Assembly: GCA_013239625.1 (NCBI GenBank)
Contig: MU053594.1
Location: 2,422,127-2,486,126 of the forward strand
From: Lama guanicoe
Lineage: Eukaryota
Reading direction: 5' to 3'
DNA length: 64,000 nucleotides
The translations under genes were made by a program, and so were the position numbers. The stretch's first letter is position 1. Each line of letters begins with the position of its first letter. Positions 27,006 through 39,000 of this stretch are shown in pieces. The notes beneath the pieces were generated by a model. The model made no database searches, was not told the DNA's origin, and saw nothing but the letters and a program-made list of their open reading frames with translations.

Positions 27006-30000
27006 CTAGAGAGATGAAAACCAAGGAACAAAAAAAGCTTGATAACTTAGACAGGATTAAAAGAACTGAATAGAGTGGATTTATGAATGCCGAGTAAGAA
27101 CATTAAGGGAAAAAAAAAAAAAGAAAGAAAGAAAGAAAAAGAAAAGCACAACAAAACACCCAGCCCAAGTCTGCAGAAGTAATTTTAATTGCTGACTGCG
27201 TGATTTCATGACACCACCTTCTGTGTTTACCTATTTCTTTCCCAACAATAAATTGTCTTGCTTCACTGGCTTCCTTTGTTATAAGCATACTTTAGAGGAT
27301 GCTTTGCTCTTAAACCACAAACTCCCATTGTGCTTCAAGTCACCTGCACCTCAAATCCTGCTCTGTGCCACATTATGAGCTGCAGGTGGCACTGTGGATG
27401 TTCCTCCACACCCTTGACTGTGGAGAACAAGGTGAACAGGCACAGGTAGAACCGGGATCTTCACTGAGCCAGCGCCTGGGAGACTCCAAGACTAGAAACT
27501 ACTGCTATGGTCACCAAAGTCTTGTCCCCGGCTTCCTCCTGAGCAGGTCTACAATCGTTACTGAAAAAGCCTACCTTGGAAGCTGGAAGAGAACTGGATG
27601 ATCGGGGCCCTGTATGCACATCCTGTGGGTTTAATTTCCTATCCCCCTAAAATTTAGTCAGATACGTACCCAGACTTTTGACAAACCAAAAGAAAAAAGT
27701 ATTTACATTAGAAAATTCACTTTTTAAGGTTTAAAAATATATATATATATATATGAGTATCTAAAAGACATCTTCAACCATTGGTATCTACTAATGGAAA
27801 TTTTACTCCATTTTAAGTGATAACACATTTTCAGATATTTAAGGTCCATGAAGAACAATGAGTTCAAATGTTTTCAACTATTAGGGATTCATTTCTTTAC
27901 CCACCATCTCAGACCCAAGTAAGTTCTTGTGCTTATATCAGATCAAGACAACTAGTCAGCAGAGCCGATTCAGTGTTAAAGTAAAACCGAAAATACTTTT
28001 ATCAGGTGACAGTTTGTACTGCATCAACACAACCTTAGTTCCATTTTCTAGAACTCAAAAATCCAAGGGCCATTGTTTAAATCACTGATTGCCAGTGAGT
28101 AGATGCCTGAACTTTACAGTTTGAAAACATTAAGTGACTATTGCTGGGAAACCTCTTTTTATTGCCACACACCAACGTACTTGGGAGTAGCCGACTTGGG
28201 AAATCATAATTACGTGTTTTTGCCTTTCAATGTGTGGCTATTTTTAACTCCATTGAGTTTTAAATGGTTCTTTGCTTGTTTCCTGGATGATTTCCTTGTT
28301 GATATGGTTTGTATATCTCACGAGATGATGCAAACTCTCTGCCCGACAGTAAGCAATCATAGGTTTTGTAAAGGACTGAGATAAATTACCAGGCTCTGGT
28401 TAAAGCAGAAAGGGGCAGCCTGGAAGCTGTCTGGGAAATAGTGTGGAGTACTTTGCATGGAATTGAGCGAAGGGTCCGGGTGTGTCTCTGACTGAAGGTA
28501 GGAATCAAAGATCTGGTCGAGGCAGTTTGGGTTTTCTTCACAAGAAACACAACTGGAAAATTCTTGGGGCTGGAAATAATTGGGCGTGGAGGGAACTGGT
28601 TCAGGCTCAAAATACAGTCCTGGAAGAAAAAGGAAAAGAGAGGTTTTTGTTTAACAATTGCACTTACAGATTTGAGTGGAGTTCTACTCTATGTTCTGAT
28701 ATTTACGATACTTAGGGGAAAAGGGGGCTTATGAAGTTCTAAAACCAAAGAAAATAGGCAAGCAATTTGGATTTTTCAGTTGCCTTAGCTAATTCAAGTC
28801 CCCGTGAAATAAACCTAGTTAATTATCTAGAAACTGGCTATAAGGGTGGCTAAGACAAAGGAAAAGAATAGTGATCCGGCCTCTGTCCGACAGTCAAATA
28901 ATAGCTCAAACTTCCACCTTCCACTTTCTGTAAAAGCATCAATGCCCAGCCCCTATCTGCAGTCCCAGTGAACCCCAGCTCTCAGAAGTAACTTCCAGAG
29001 TGGTTTGAGGCTTTAAGAAAACTTCCAAAAGTGAAGGATGGGAAAGAACTCTCTTGACCTAGGGTTAATGCTTTCCTAAACTTTTCACACTTACTCAGTA
29101 ACTTAATTTTTGAGGAATATTATAAATGGCAACGCAAAGCATGAATATGGAGACCGAGAACGCAGAGTACAAGTTAGTACTACTTGTTTCATATTATCAA
29201 AAGCAAGGATGTTATGTCAACCTGATCGTGGAATTAATGCCTGTTGTTAATGTCAAACAGGAATCGTTCTAAACACATGACACCTTTTCCATTTTAAAAT
29301 TAAGAGGCCCCATTTCTGAGTATTACCCTTAAATGCACAAAGAAGACAGGTTTCAAGTATGTCCTTCAGAGGGACGACAGAACACAGGAGGTTTTGAAGT
29401 CTTGAGGCTCCTTTAAGATTTAAGTTAAAGTGGCACGTTCGGTGGGGAGCTCCCAGGAGCACAGGTTTCCTCACATAAGACCTCTTTAATCTCTCAGCTG
29501 TTGAGTGGCATAGGTAGGAGTGTTTATGTAATAGACTTATTTGTAATGGGCTGAGAAAACTTGCACCTGTTGGAACTGCTTTCTGGGAAGAGAGAAAGGA
29601 AAGGGGAAGGAAGCCCCTGTCAGCTGGGAGCTAAAGGAAACCAGAGCCGAGGCATTATTCTAGGGCCTTGGGATGTCTGTATCCATCTAATAGTGCCCTA
29701 ACAAAGATAACAGCTTTCTGAAAACAGGTTTCTGATCTCTTAATCCAGTTTGGTTACCTGGAGGTGAGGACCTGGAACAAAAGTGAAGAGTAAGCTTTGG
29801 GACAGAGCAGACAGTTCCAAAGTGAGGACACAGTTTTGCACTTGTTTCCCTGCTGGGCTAGTGTTTGGAGTCACTATGCCTTTTTTCACCTTCTGATTGG
29901 TTGGATTCCAATTAAATGGTGGTGCCTTTCCTAACCCCTGAATCAAGTACTGAAAGACTCTCGAGATGGACTTCTTGGAAGAGTTTTTGAGGGAATCATC

Positions 30001-33000
30001 GGGTTGGCTGTACTGACCTGCAGGAGATGGTGGGACTGGGTCTGAAAGGTGGACACTGTTGCCTCCGGACAGCTGTCAAAGCGAGAAAATGACCACAAAG
30101 CAAAGTGAAATAAAAGTTCTTTAAAGGGAAAGCTAAGACATTTTGACGTGAACTCTGTTGCCTTCTGCTCTAAGGTAAGCCAGATTTTTTTCTTCTAAAA
30201 ATCCCTTGCTCTTGTGAGATACAACCAATGCTATATTTTATTCAGGTTCAATTTGTAGTTTTGTTTGGGGATTTTCTTCCCCTAATGTCAGAGTCTCCCA
30301 CTTACATTGTAAAGGTTATTAATCTTGATAAAAATGAATTTAAATGGTTTTTACAGTACAGAAATGAACAGTTCAAGAAAACTCTGTAAATAATATAGTG
30401 TTTTATTAAATCATTTAATTTAAAATTAATAAGGACTAACATTTATTTAGTCTCAACTATCTATAACTTAGTCAGTCATTTTCCTCAGAATTTTCATATA
30501 CTATCTGGCGGCTTATAGGCTTAGGAATTTGTTTTCCCCCCAAAAACACAATGCCTAACTTTTTGTTAATCCTGGAGAGCTAAAAATATCCACCTGTTCT
30601 TACTAGCTATGAAATACTGAAACAGAAAATATTTTCATAAAGTTGTTGTCGGTGAACTAGAGCATATCTATGTTTAGTTAGTGGTTGGTAAATACTTCAC
30701 CTCTTTGTAGTTTTTTTTTTTACTGTTTTCTGTAAAAGTTGCTTTTTTCACTACTACAGTTAAATACATCAAGTTTATAAGACTGTTCTTTTTAACTTCA
30801 AAGTAAAGCAGCCTGTACTTTCCGATTAAGTTGATAATTGTACTAACCGAATAATTTTTTTTTTTTTTTTTTAGGTTTTGGGTGGTGGCTTTAAAGTTTA
30901 AAGGGCCCAGCATTGCTGTGAGAGTCTGTCCTGGGAAGCAGCGCTCACCACACCTCTCTCCTGCCTTCCAGGGTACACTCACTCCTGCACGCCGGACCAT
31001 GGGGAGCCTGCAGTCAGCCGCTGCTGGAACGGGAGGTGGTGTTAATTTTGAAAACGATCCATGCTGTAATGTCATGAACCAGGAAGCTGGAATCCTTCAG
31101 CAGCTCTTTATGCAAATATTTGGCTGCAGCCTGAGCTCAAGCACTTGGAAGGAGTGGGTTTTAAAAACTCGGCTTCATTGTAGAGCTTTCATTAAGCCCG
31201 TTCCTCCCCCGAAACGGGCGTTTTAGGCTTCCCAGGTTATCTCCCTCAGGTATGTTTACAATATCTTACTTGATAAAATCTTTCTAGTCCTGGGTTCACT
31301 TTACTTTGCTCCAAGAATACAAAGAAAGAGTCCTGTCTCTTAGGTTTTGAACAGCATAAAAATCCACAATCTACCATTTACAAAAATACATAAAGGCTAT
31401 TTAAAAAATTAATGGTAAAAGAAGAGTAAACTGTATCTTCTGATGTGCACTAACTCAAGTTTCCTTTTACCCTAAAGGTAAAAGAGTTGTGTATGTGTGT
31501 ATAGGTATGTGTGTAGGGCTGTTGGTAAATTGATCTGGCCGAAGTAAGTTTTAAAATCAAATTTCCAAATCTAGCACGCACATGTTTCTGCTGGCACTGT
31601 TTGAGACCCTAATATTTGTTTCAATCTATAACTCCCATTCATGACTGCCTTCTTAAACTTTCAAATTGTGGATACCACTCTGACTTCATAACATACTATG
31701 GTAAATTTCTTCTTGCTTTGTATATTTCATTAAGTCTCTCCTTGGCTTAGAGCTTCCCAGAGACATCCTTCAACCACAGAACAAACTGAAGTTCATCTCT
31801 GTTAAACCAGAAGCAGGCATATACCATCCCCTGCTACCTGCCCTCCATGCCTCCTCATCAGTAGACTTCACAGCTCTCCTAGAATCCCGACTCCTTCTGA
31901 TGGTCCCTGGAGAGGGATTTTACATCTGGCTCTTGTAATTAAATCATCTTTGTGTTACACCTCCGTGCCTGTGTGGACCTGGGTGGATATACTCTTCTAG
32001 GAAGCAAAGTAGGGTCGGCTTTGCTCTGCATGGTCCTGCAAGGAGGCACTGGTTCAGAAGCTCTGCTTATTTCTTACGGGGGAATCCAGATAAACTTAGA
32101 TAAGTCAAACTGCTCCAGGGAACAGATACTGGTCAGATACATGAGTGAAATGTTACACTCTTGCTTTTGTTCCAGCAGCTAGGAAACGGGAACAGTGGCC
32201 AAACCAACCTGTAAGAGGCCAAGAGTATTAAAATTGCCAGTGTGCAAAGGGGACTTCCCCAAGTGCAGCTGGAGCAGAATTCTACCAGGAATCAAAGCTC
32301 CTTAACGAAAGATTACATTTGGTTAGAAACGTCTTGATTTTTTTTTAAATACCACTAGTGTTTGCCAGTTCCCTTGTTTCTGGTTTTATTAATTTTATAA
32401 TAATCTCTGAACTGAAGAGGTCAGTGGTTGAGGCTACCACCCCTGCTCAGCACAGCTGGATCCACAGAAAGATGAATTTAGGGAGCCAATAGGTGGGAAG
32501 TTTTTTTTTTTTTTAATATTAAGACTAAGAAGACCTTGGTTCTACTTTTTGCTCTACCATTAGTAATTACAAAACATTGAACTTCAGCTGTAATAGAGGC
32601 ATACAAATCCCTGGTCTACTTACCTGGCTTGGTTGTTGTAAGAACTAAAAGAAATAGTGTGCAAAAGTGCTTTAAAAGAACCACTGGAAAACCCTCTATA
32701 ACTGGAAGGAAGTTTGATGGTGTTAGCTGAAATTGTACATATGGAGCTATTGACTTTACATCCAGCAAATGTAAACTTTGTGCTGGTGTGAGCTGGCTGT
32801 AATAGGGCAAACTCACACCAGAACTCTAAACTCTGAGCAAAGCGTGTAAATGAACATGACTAACTGGCTTTCAATCCCTGGTTGTAATTTTCTTTTAGCT
32901 GCTTTTCCCAAATAGTAATAATGGCAGCTAACATGGCTCGAGCACTTACTAAGTGGAAAGCACTCTTCTAAGTGCTTATGTGCAATAACTTAATTTAATC

Positions 33001-35994
33001 CTCACAAAATCCCATTGTCTCCAGTTTCAAGATCAGGATAATGAGACATGAGAGACTGAGTAACTTGCTGGAGGAGATACACCATGGAAGAGGTTTGAAC
33101 CCAGTCCACTGGTTCTAGAATCTGTGTTCACCACTCCTACAGCATCTGCCTTTTCCCACAAAGGCCCGTTTCATGAAGTCGGGCTTTGTACACAAACAGC
33201 ACCAGACACAAAAACTGTTATGGGACAGATGCCAAAAAGCTGGAGACAGGACCAACCCTAACACTGGCAATACGAACCCCATCCGCCATATCCGATGTCC
33301 ACACCGAAACCAACCCAAAGGCAACTGCGTGATCAAGGGCTCTCAGCCATGAATCGCTCTCTCTTGGAGGATAACCCCACCTAGTTTATTTGATTCTGCT
33401 TCTGCCCTGAGCCCTCTTGGTAATACTCTCTGTTTTAGGATGTCCAAAAGTGGTAGGGTACCCTTATGACTGCTCAGATCAATCTCGTAATAACCTGGAA
33501 CTGCTTAAGGCTTCATAACATCTTAAGGAGGTGGTTCTATATTCCAAGGTGTCTCCTCTGAGGCTATAGGGCCCCTTTCAGCTGGGGAATTTCAGTGCCT
33601 GGTGATTCACAGATCAATGACCTCGGAGGCTGGATTTCAGAAGAATGAGGAAGGACAGGACATGTTCCATGGAGAGTCTCTCCTTGAAAGGCTCCCTAAC
33701 ATGAAGCTTCTGGGAGAGATTTTCTTTGCATGTGTGAGGGCACATACACTGTCTTCCTACAGAATAGCAGCCTACCTACTGCTGGCTGCTCCTTTCCCTG
33801 CACTGGACCAACACGCCCGTATACTCAACTATGATCAGTGAGGGATGGGATCCCCCAAATCCTGAGCCCCACAACATGCCCCACCTGTTCTTTGTGGCTT
33901 CTGGTGGTGAACTAGGATGAAGGGTGGTGGGTACAGAAATGATAAGAACAGCTGAGGAAGGCCAGGTCGAGGGTGGTGACTGGGGCCTACGGTGGCCCCC
34001 TACACCTTCCCAGACACAGGGCTGAATGAGCTGAACACGAGCTGGGAGGAAGTGAAGGGTTCATGCTTACGGTTCCCCCTGAGGCTGCCTGGTGTGCCCT
34101 TCTCTGCTGCAGCAGCTCCTTCACCGTGATCTTCACCCGGACACCTTGATACACCTTAGGTTTTTCTGGGGAAAGCGAGCTGAGTCAGTGGTCAAGTGTG
34201 AGATCTGGGTCTCAAGCTGGGGTTGTGGGGGTCTTTGTAAATTATGGCACCGAGGCCAGGCCTCTGGGTCTGGATAATGCAAAGAGGCTGCTAAAGGACA
34301 TGTGGGAGAGAAACCCACATTTCTCAAAGTCGAGAGGATGAAAAGAGACTGTGGGCAGGTTTCAGGGCCCAGTGGAAACAGAACATATGGAAGTCTGGGG
34401 CGACGCACCCCAGGCCGGGCCTGAACCCAAGACCAGTACCAGACAGGTTTTTCTGCTCAGGAATGTGGAGGCCAGTCCAGGGGAGCTCACCTCTCGGCTA
34501 AGTTAGGGGAACCCGGGGTTTTGGCCTGGGAGAGGGTGCTATGCACCTGGGGAGGGGCCGGGCGCCGCTGCAGCTGACCTAGCCCACCCCACCCTGGTGG
34601 AAGTTCTGAGGCCCTTTCTTCTCCGCCAGGCCAGACCTGGTTCCTGGGGGAGGCTCAGACCTCTACGTGCCCTGGGTGCGGAATCCAGCCCAGGGGCAAG
34701 CACTGGACAGATGGCGTTTGGCCAGCCTTGTCCTTGGGCCGGTGAGGGGCCCACTAGACTGACCCCAGTAAAGGCACCAGGCCCGAGATCTCCCTCCCTC
34801 CGGTCTCTTTCTTCTGCCTCCTCTCCCTCGCCCCCTTTCTCCGCCTTTCCCGCTCTCCATCTTTCCCTCCTCCCTCCTTGGGCCCGGCTCCTGCTCGCCC
34901 CTCTTCCCGTCTCTCCCCACCCCCTCCCTCTCTGGCGCAGGCTTTTCTCGGCGGCGCCCGGAGACTCCGAGTCGAGTCCGCGCAGCGAGAGCTCCAGGGA
35001 GGTGTGCAGGGCGGCCGAGGACAGCGCTCTCGGCGGGGAGGCCGCCCCCGGAAGGGGCCGCCCCCGGGGCTGGCGGGGCCGGGCTGCCCGGCTCGCGGGA
35101 GAGGCCGGGCGCGCCCCAGGGGTCGGCGGGGAGGGCGTCCTGCGCGCCGGGAGCGGGGGCAGCCGCGGAGCCGCGGTGAGTAGGTCGGGCCGCGCGGGCG
35201 TTCGCGGGCGACGGGGTGGCCGCGGGAGCCCGGCGCGACTCGGGCCCTGACCTCGACCCGGGAGTGAGCGCGGGGGAGCCGCAAGGGGAGGGGCGGGCTG
35301 CGCGATCGCCTGGGCTCCTGGAGCGACAGTGGCGGGCCGCCAGCGCCTCGCCTGGTCACTGCGGAGACCGCAGCAGAACGGCAGGGACCCCCCGGGCCGC
35401 GACCCGGGACCTAGGGATCTCCCCGGGAACGGAGATCGCGCTGCTCGGTGCCCAGACCCAGAGAATCCCGCGCCTGGCCCGCAGGACCCGGGCCGCGCCC
35501 TCTCTCCGCGGTCCAGCGTCTCTCCGCGACTTCCTCGCGGAGCCCACGGCCCCGCGGGCAGCGGGTGCGGCCCCGGATCGCACGGGGGCTGCCACGGCTC
35601 AGCTCCGCGCGGCCGGAGCGCCCGGCTCCCTTCCCGGGCTCACCGTGAGCCTCTAGCTCCCCCCGCCGCCGCCGCCGCTGGGCGCGCAGAGTCCGCGCCG
35701 CGAAGTCCCAGGGTCACAGCTGTGGCCAAGCGAGAGGGGGCTGGTGGACTGGGGTACGCGGACGGCCTCAGCGGCCAACTCGGCCTCTGGGCCTCTGCCC
35801 TCGGGAGCAGGCGCCAAGTGGGAGCGGCCACCGCGTGCCCCGTGCCCTCTCGGGATCCCCCGGCTCAGACTTGCATGCCCTGACTTTGTGCCTCTCTGTT
35901 CCATGCAGGAAAAGACGTGGGAATGCACCTGGATCCAAACGCCCCTCGCCCGCGTGACCCTTCCCCAAGGAGAAGCAGCCGAGTTACCCGACAT
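26634..35994 (-). CDS. POU2AF3: POU class 2 homeobox associating factor 3 (COLCA2 / OCA-T2), complete 5-exon CDS, 252 aa
   Basis: Manual splicing on the minus strand: 7+95+55+230+372 = 759 nt. All introns are GT-AG with consistent phases (1,0,1,0). Protein MSEKPKVYQGVRVKITVKELLQQRRAHQAASGGTLSGGNSVHLSDPVPPSPAGLYFEPEP...DFYQRGANWDICYS* matches the recalled human POU2AF3/COLCA2 along its length. Confidence 0.96.
28390..28619 (-). CDS. POU2AF3: POU2AF3 exon 4
   Basis: ttttcttccag|GACTGTAT...AGCCTG|gtaatt; 230 nt; (G)LYFEPEPVPSTPNYFQPQEFSSCVSCEENPNCLDQIFDSYLQSETHPDPSLNSMQSTPHYFPDSFQAAPFCFNQSL. Confidence 0.95.
30018..30072 (-). CDS. POU2AF3: POU2AF3 exon 3
   Basis: ttttctcgctttgacag|CTGTCC...CCTGCAG|gtcagt; 55 nt; LSGGNSVHLSDPVPPSPA(G). 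Confidence 0.93.
32920..33125. mobile_element. MIR relic in POU2AF3 intron 2
   Basis: gagcacttac...ttctaagtgctt...atttaatcctcaca...tgagtaacttgc...tttgaacccag. Confidence 0.65.
34071..34165 (-). CDS. POU2AF3: POU2AF3 exon 2, OCA (POU-binding) motif
   Basis: ctttccccag|AAAAACCTAAGGTGTATCAAGGTGTCCGGGTGAAG...GGAACC|gtaagc encodes (E)KPKVYQGVRVKITVKELLQQRRAHQAASGGT. YQGVRVK..VKELL is the OCA-B family signature. Confidence 0.97.
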
Positions 35995-36000
35995 CGTGGA
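34900..36000. promoter_or_regulatory. CpG island over POU2AF3 exon 1 / intron 1; probable bidirectional promoter region (COLCA1/COLCA2-type)
   Basis: Very high GC and CpG density with many GC boxes; sits at the 5' end of POU2AF3. Boundaries approximate. Confidence 0.85.
35988..35994 (-). CDS. POU2AF3: POU2AF3 coding exon 1 (ATG TCG G)
   Basis: Minus strand reads tccacgATGTCGG|gtaact: A at -3, GT donor, phase 1. Joined to exon 2 it gives M-S-E-K-P-K. Confidence 0.85.
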
Positions 36001-39000
36001 CAGCAGAGGCTGGGCCGGTGGCTGGATGCTGCAGCTGCAGGGACTCAGCGCCTAGGAGGGGCTCCTGTGCAGGGACAGAAGCAGAGATGCAACATTTTTA
36101 AAGTTTCACAAAGCATCCAGCTGCACCCAGGTTCCTGGAGCAGGAGACAAACAGAATTAATGTTTTATACCTTCGGGTATAGGTTTGAGTTTTTTCCCCC
36201 TCATGCCAAGTATTTAAAACCTCTAGAAACCCATGATTTGACAATCAATGATTGCGCGATACTTTCAATTTGAATATTCAAAGGCTTAACAAAATGGACT
36301 ATCTTCTGCAGAAATCCTGCACACAGGCACCCCACAGAGAGTCCACAGAAACAGGGAGTGAGACCCCTTTGGGTCCTGGCCCTTGCTTTTATGGTATTTT
36401 GAGCATTTTGCCCACCTTCCCCCAGACAGAGCAGGAGTCCTCAAAGATGCTCTGTATTTCTGCCTCAAAGGCAGCTCCGGGAGCCTGGGGTGACTCAGGC
36501 TGCCCTTCGTGACCACCTGAGCCAGGCTAGCAGGGCTGACTGATTCCCACCTCCCCAGTCTCCATTTTAAGGGAAAATCTCTGATTTTAGGGGAGTGAAT
36601 ATGGCAGCTGGTGGGTCTGGCCCTGCAAGGAGTCACTCAGGGCCGCCGGTTGCAGGCCAGAGGCCTGCAGAGGCCTTAGTTCTGCGCCTCGTGTGCTTCC
36701 GGCCCCGCCTGGCCACGTGCTGGCTTCCCTCCCCTTTCTTCCGCTCTCTGCTGGGGCTCCAGACACTGGGGTTTTAGTACAGGATCCCTGCCCACTAAGA
36801 CCCTTTGCTCCTCCCCACGGAGCTGGGGATGCCTGTGGGGCCTCACCCTCTAGCGAGTTTCTGAGGCTGGTGTTTTGTCACTATGAAGTCCCCATTTCTC
36901 TGCTCTTTTTCCCTCTGGAGCCACCCCTGCCTTTTTGCTGCAGGAGCATGTGCTGAGAAAGGTTGGTAAGCTGACTCCTGCTCGTTTTAGCTAAAAGGAT
37001 GTGGATTTGTGTTCAGGCCTTCACACTTTGGATGAGAGGTGGGAGGGGTTTGAGGTCAGGCTGCGCCCTCAGTCCAGGCCTGCACCCCTCACAGATGACC
37101 TGGGATTGTGCTGGGTTATGTCCTCCAAGCACCTGCTGCACCTCTTCTGTATGATTTGGAAGCTTGAGCAGACAGGAGTGGTCCAGAGAGGGAGTGGGTG
37201 CCGGGCCAGATCCTCTCCTGGTCCCCAAGGGCAGGGGCAGCACCAGAAAATGAAGAGGCAGGGCGGGGTTCCCTTCCCAGATAAGCCAAGTCGTTCCCAT
37301 GTTGCCAGGCCAGATGCAGGTGATAGGCCCCTGTTCTTTGTTCCCTGAGTTCTCTGAGATGCAAAAAGTAGAGTTGAGCCCCACATTCAGAAGAATACCT
37401 GAATGCCCTGGAATGTGTCCGATGCAGGATGGAGCACACAGAGACGGGAGAAATGGGCTCTCTGGGAATGCCAGGACACCAGAGTCTCTGACTGATCAGC
37501 ATTGCTTGGCAACTGAAGCCACATCTCTGGATGAGGGGAACAGGGCTGGGAACACTTGAGGTGGCACGTGGCAGGAGATCTGGGGTGTGTTTGTCCCCAG
37601 CCCAGCTGGAATCTGTCAACTTCTGCAGCCTCTTTCTTCAAAGGCACTGGGCCTGTGTCCTGAGTTTCCCTGACAGACCTTAGGACCAGACTCTTGAGGA
37701 GAGGAAGGACTCCGGGAGTTCAGAGAGCCCCTGTGTCCTTTCTCCCTGCCCTGCTGTGCACGGACAGCGCTCCTTCTGAAGGAACAGCGGGCAGAAGAGC
37801 ACAGAATTAAGGAGGGGCTCTTGTTCTCCTAACTTCTTCCATAACTTCTTTACTCTTCTCGCCTCCTTTTTGTTCTATCTTATTTTTTAGTTTGCTTTTA
37901 AAAACCTTCCTCTTTACCCTTTGGCCTTTCTGTTAATTTTTTGCCAGGTTTCTTTCTCTTTCTCTTCTTGTCATTACTTCCCTCCATTTCTCACCTGCAT
38001 TGCTGTTTTTCTTCCCAGCTTTCTACATGTAGTGGGGATGGACAGGGATGGCAGGAGGCCACTGAGTTAGTTCCCTTGACAACATCATTGAAATTGATGC
38101 TGCTGATTGGCTGCCCTTTGGAGAAGGTGGCAGGGCAGGGTGAGAGATGAGCTCCTTAGAAGTCACGGGGTCTGTAGGGACAGCATAGACCTATTTGTCC
38201 CTTCCCTCCAGCAGCCTCTGCCAAACCAGGGCAGCAGTTCTGGGGGCTTCTGTGACAGCCCCCACCACTGGGATGGCTGTTCCAGTGCTGTTGCTAGCCA
38301 GCGGCTTCAGAACCTGTGTTTCCTTAGTCCCGAGCCTTGTTTTGAGAAAGAAGCCCCCCGCCCCCCGCCCAGTTTTTAGCACAACATGAAGGAGTTTGGT
38401 TCCTGCTGTTTGTATAATTGCAAGGCCCCAGCACAGGTATTTAAGAGCCAAATGCCACGCTTGTGGGTATGAGGGCGGATCCTCCTAAACTGCTTTCTGT
38501 GAATCCTCCTTATGGATCTACAAGTGTCATGAGGCCTGAGAGCCCATAGAATGGGATGTTCCTCACAGACTTAAAAGTTTGTCTTTTATTGTTTACTGCA
38601 TGTCAGGTACAGTATTGTATAGCCTCCTCATTTTGCAGATGAGAAAACAGGCTCAGAGGGAAGAGCAGCTGCACCAAGATGACTGCGCACACACATGGCA
38701 GGATTGGGAATCGAATGCCGATAAACCTGATACTAAACCCTTACTCTTAACTGTCATTGTTGTCTTCCTGATCTTTTATAGCGGATGTTTTCAAACATGT
38801 TTTGTTTTTAATGAAGTATAGTCGGTTTACAATGTTGTGCTAATTTCTGGTGTACAGCATAGTGTTTCAGTTATATGTATATATAAAACTTTTTTGACTT
38901 CAACCCACACTAAGAAATTCATTTGACATGTTCACATACTAAATCTATAACAATATTTATATGTTTACAAAGCAAACTTGTCAGGGAACAATGCATACCT

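Noticed and set aside
26564..27024. ORF-track entries 26564..26926 and 26773..27024 (-)
   Set aside because: Alternative frames of POU2AF3 exon 5; the true frame has no upstream start within the exon.
28386..28610. ORF-track entry of 74 aa (-)
   Set aside because: Wrong frame of POU2AF3 exon 4.
34597..35883. Several long overlapping ORFs (146-217 aa) on both strands
   Set aside because: By-products of CpG-island composition; no recognisable domains.
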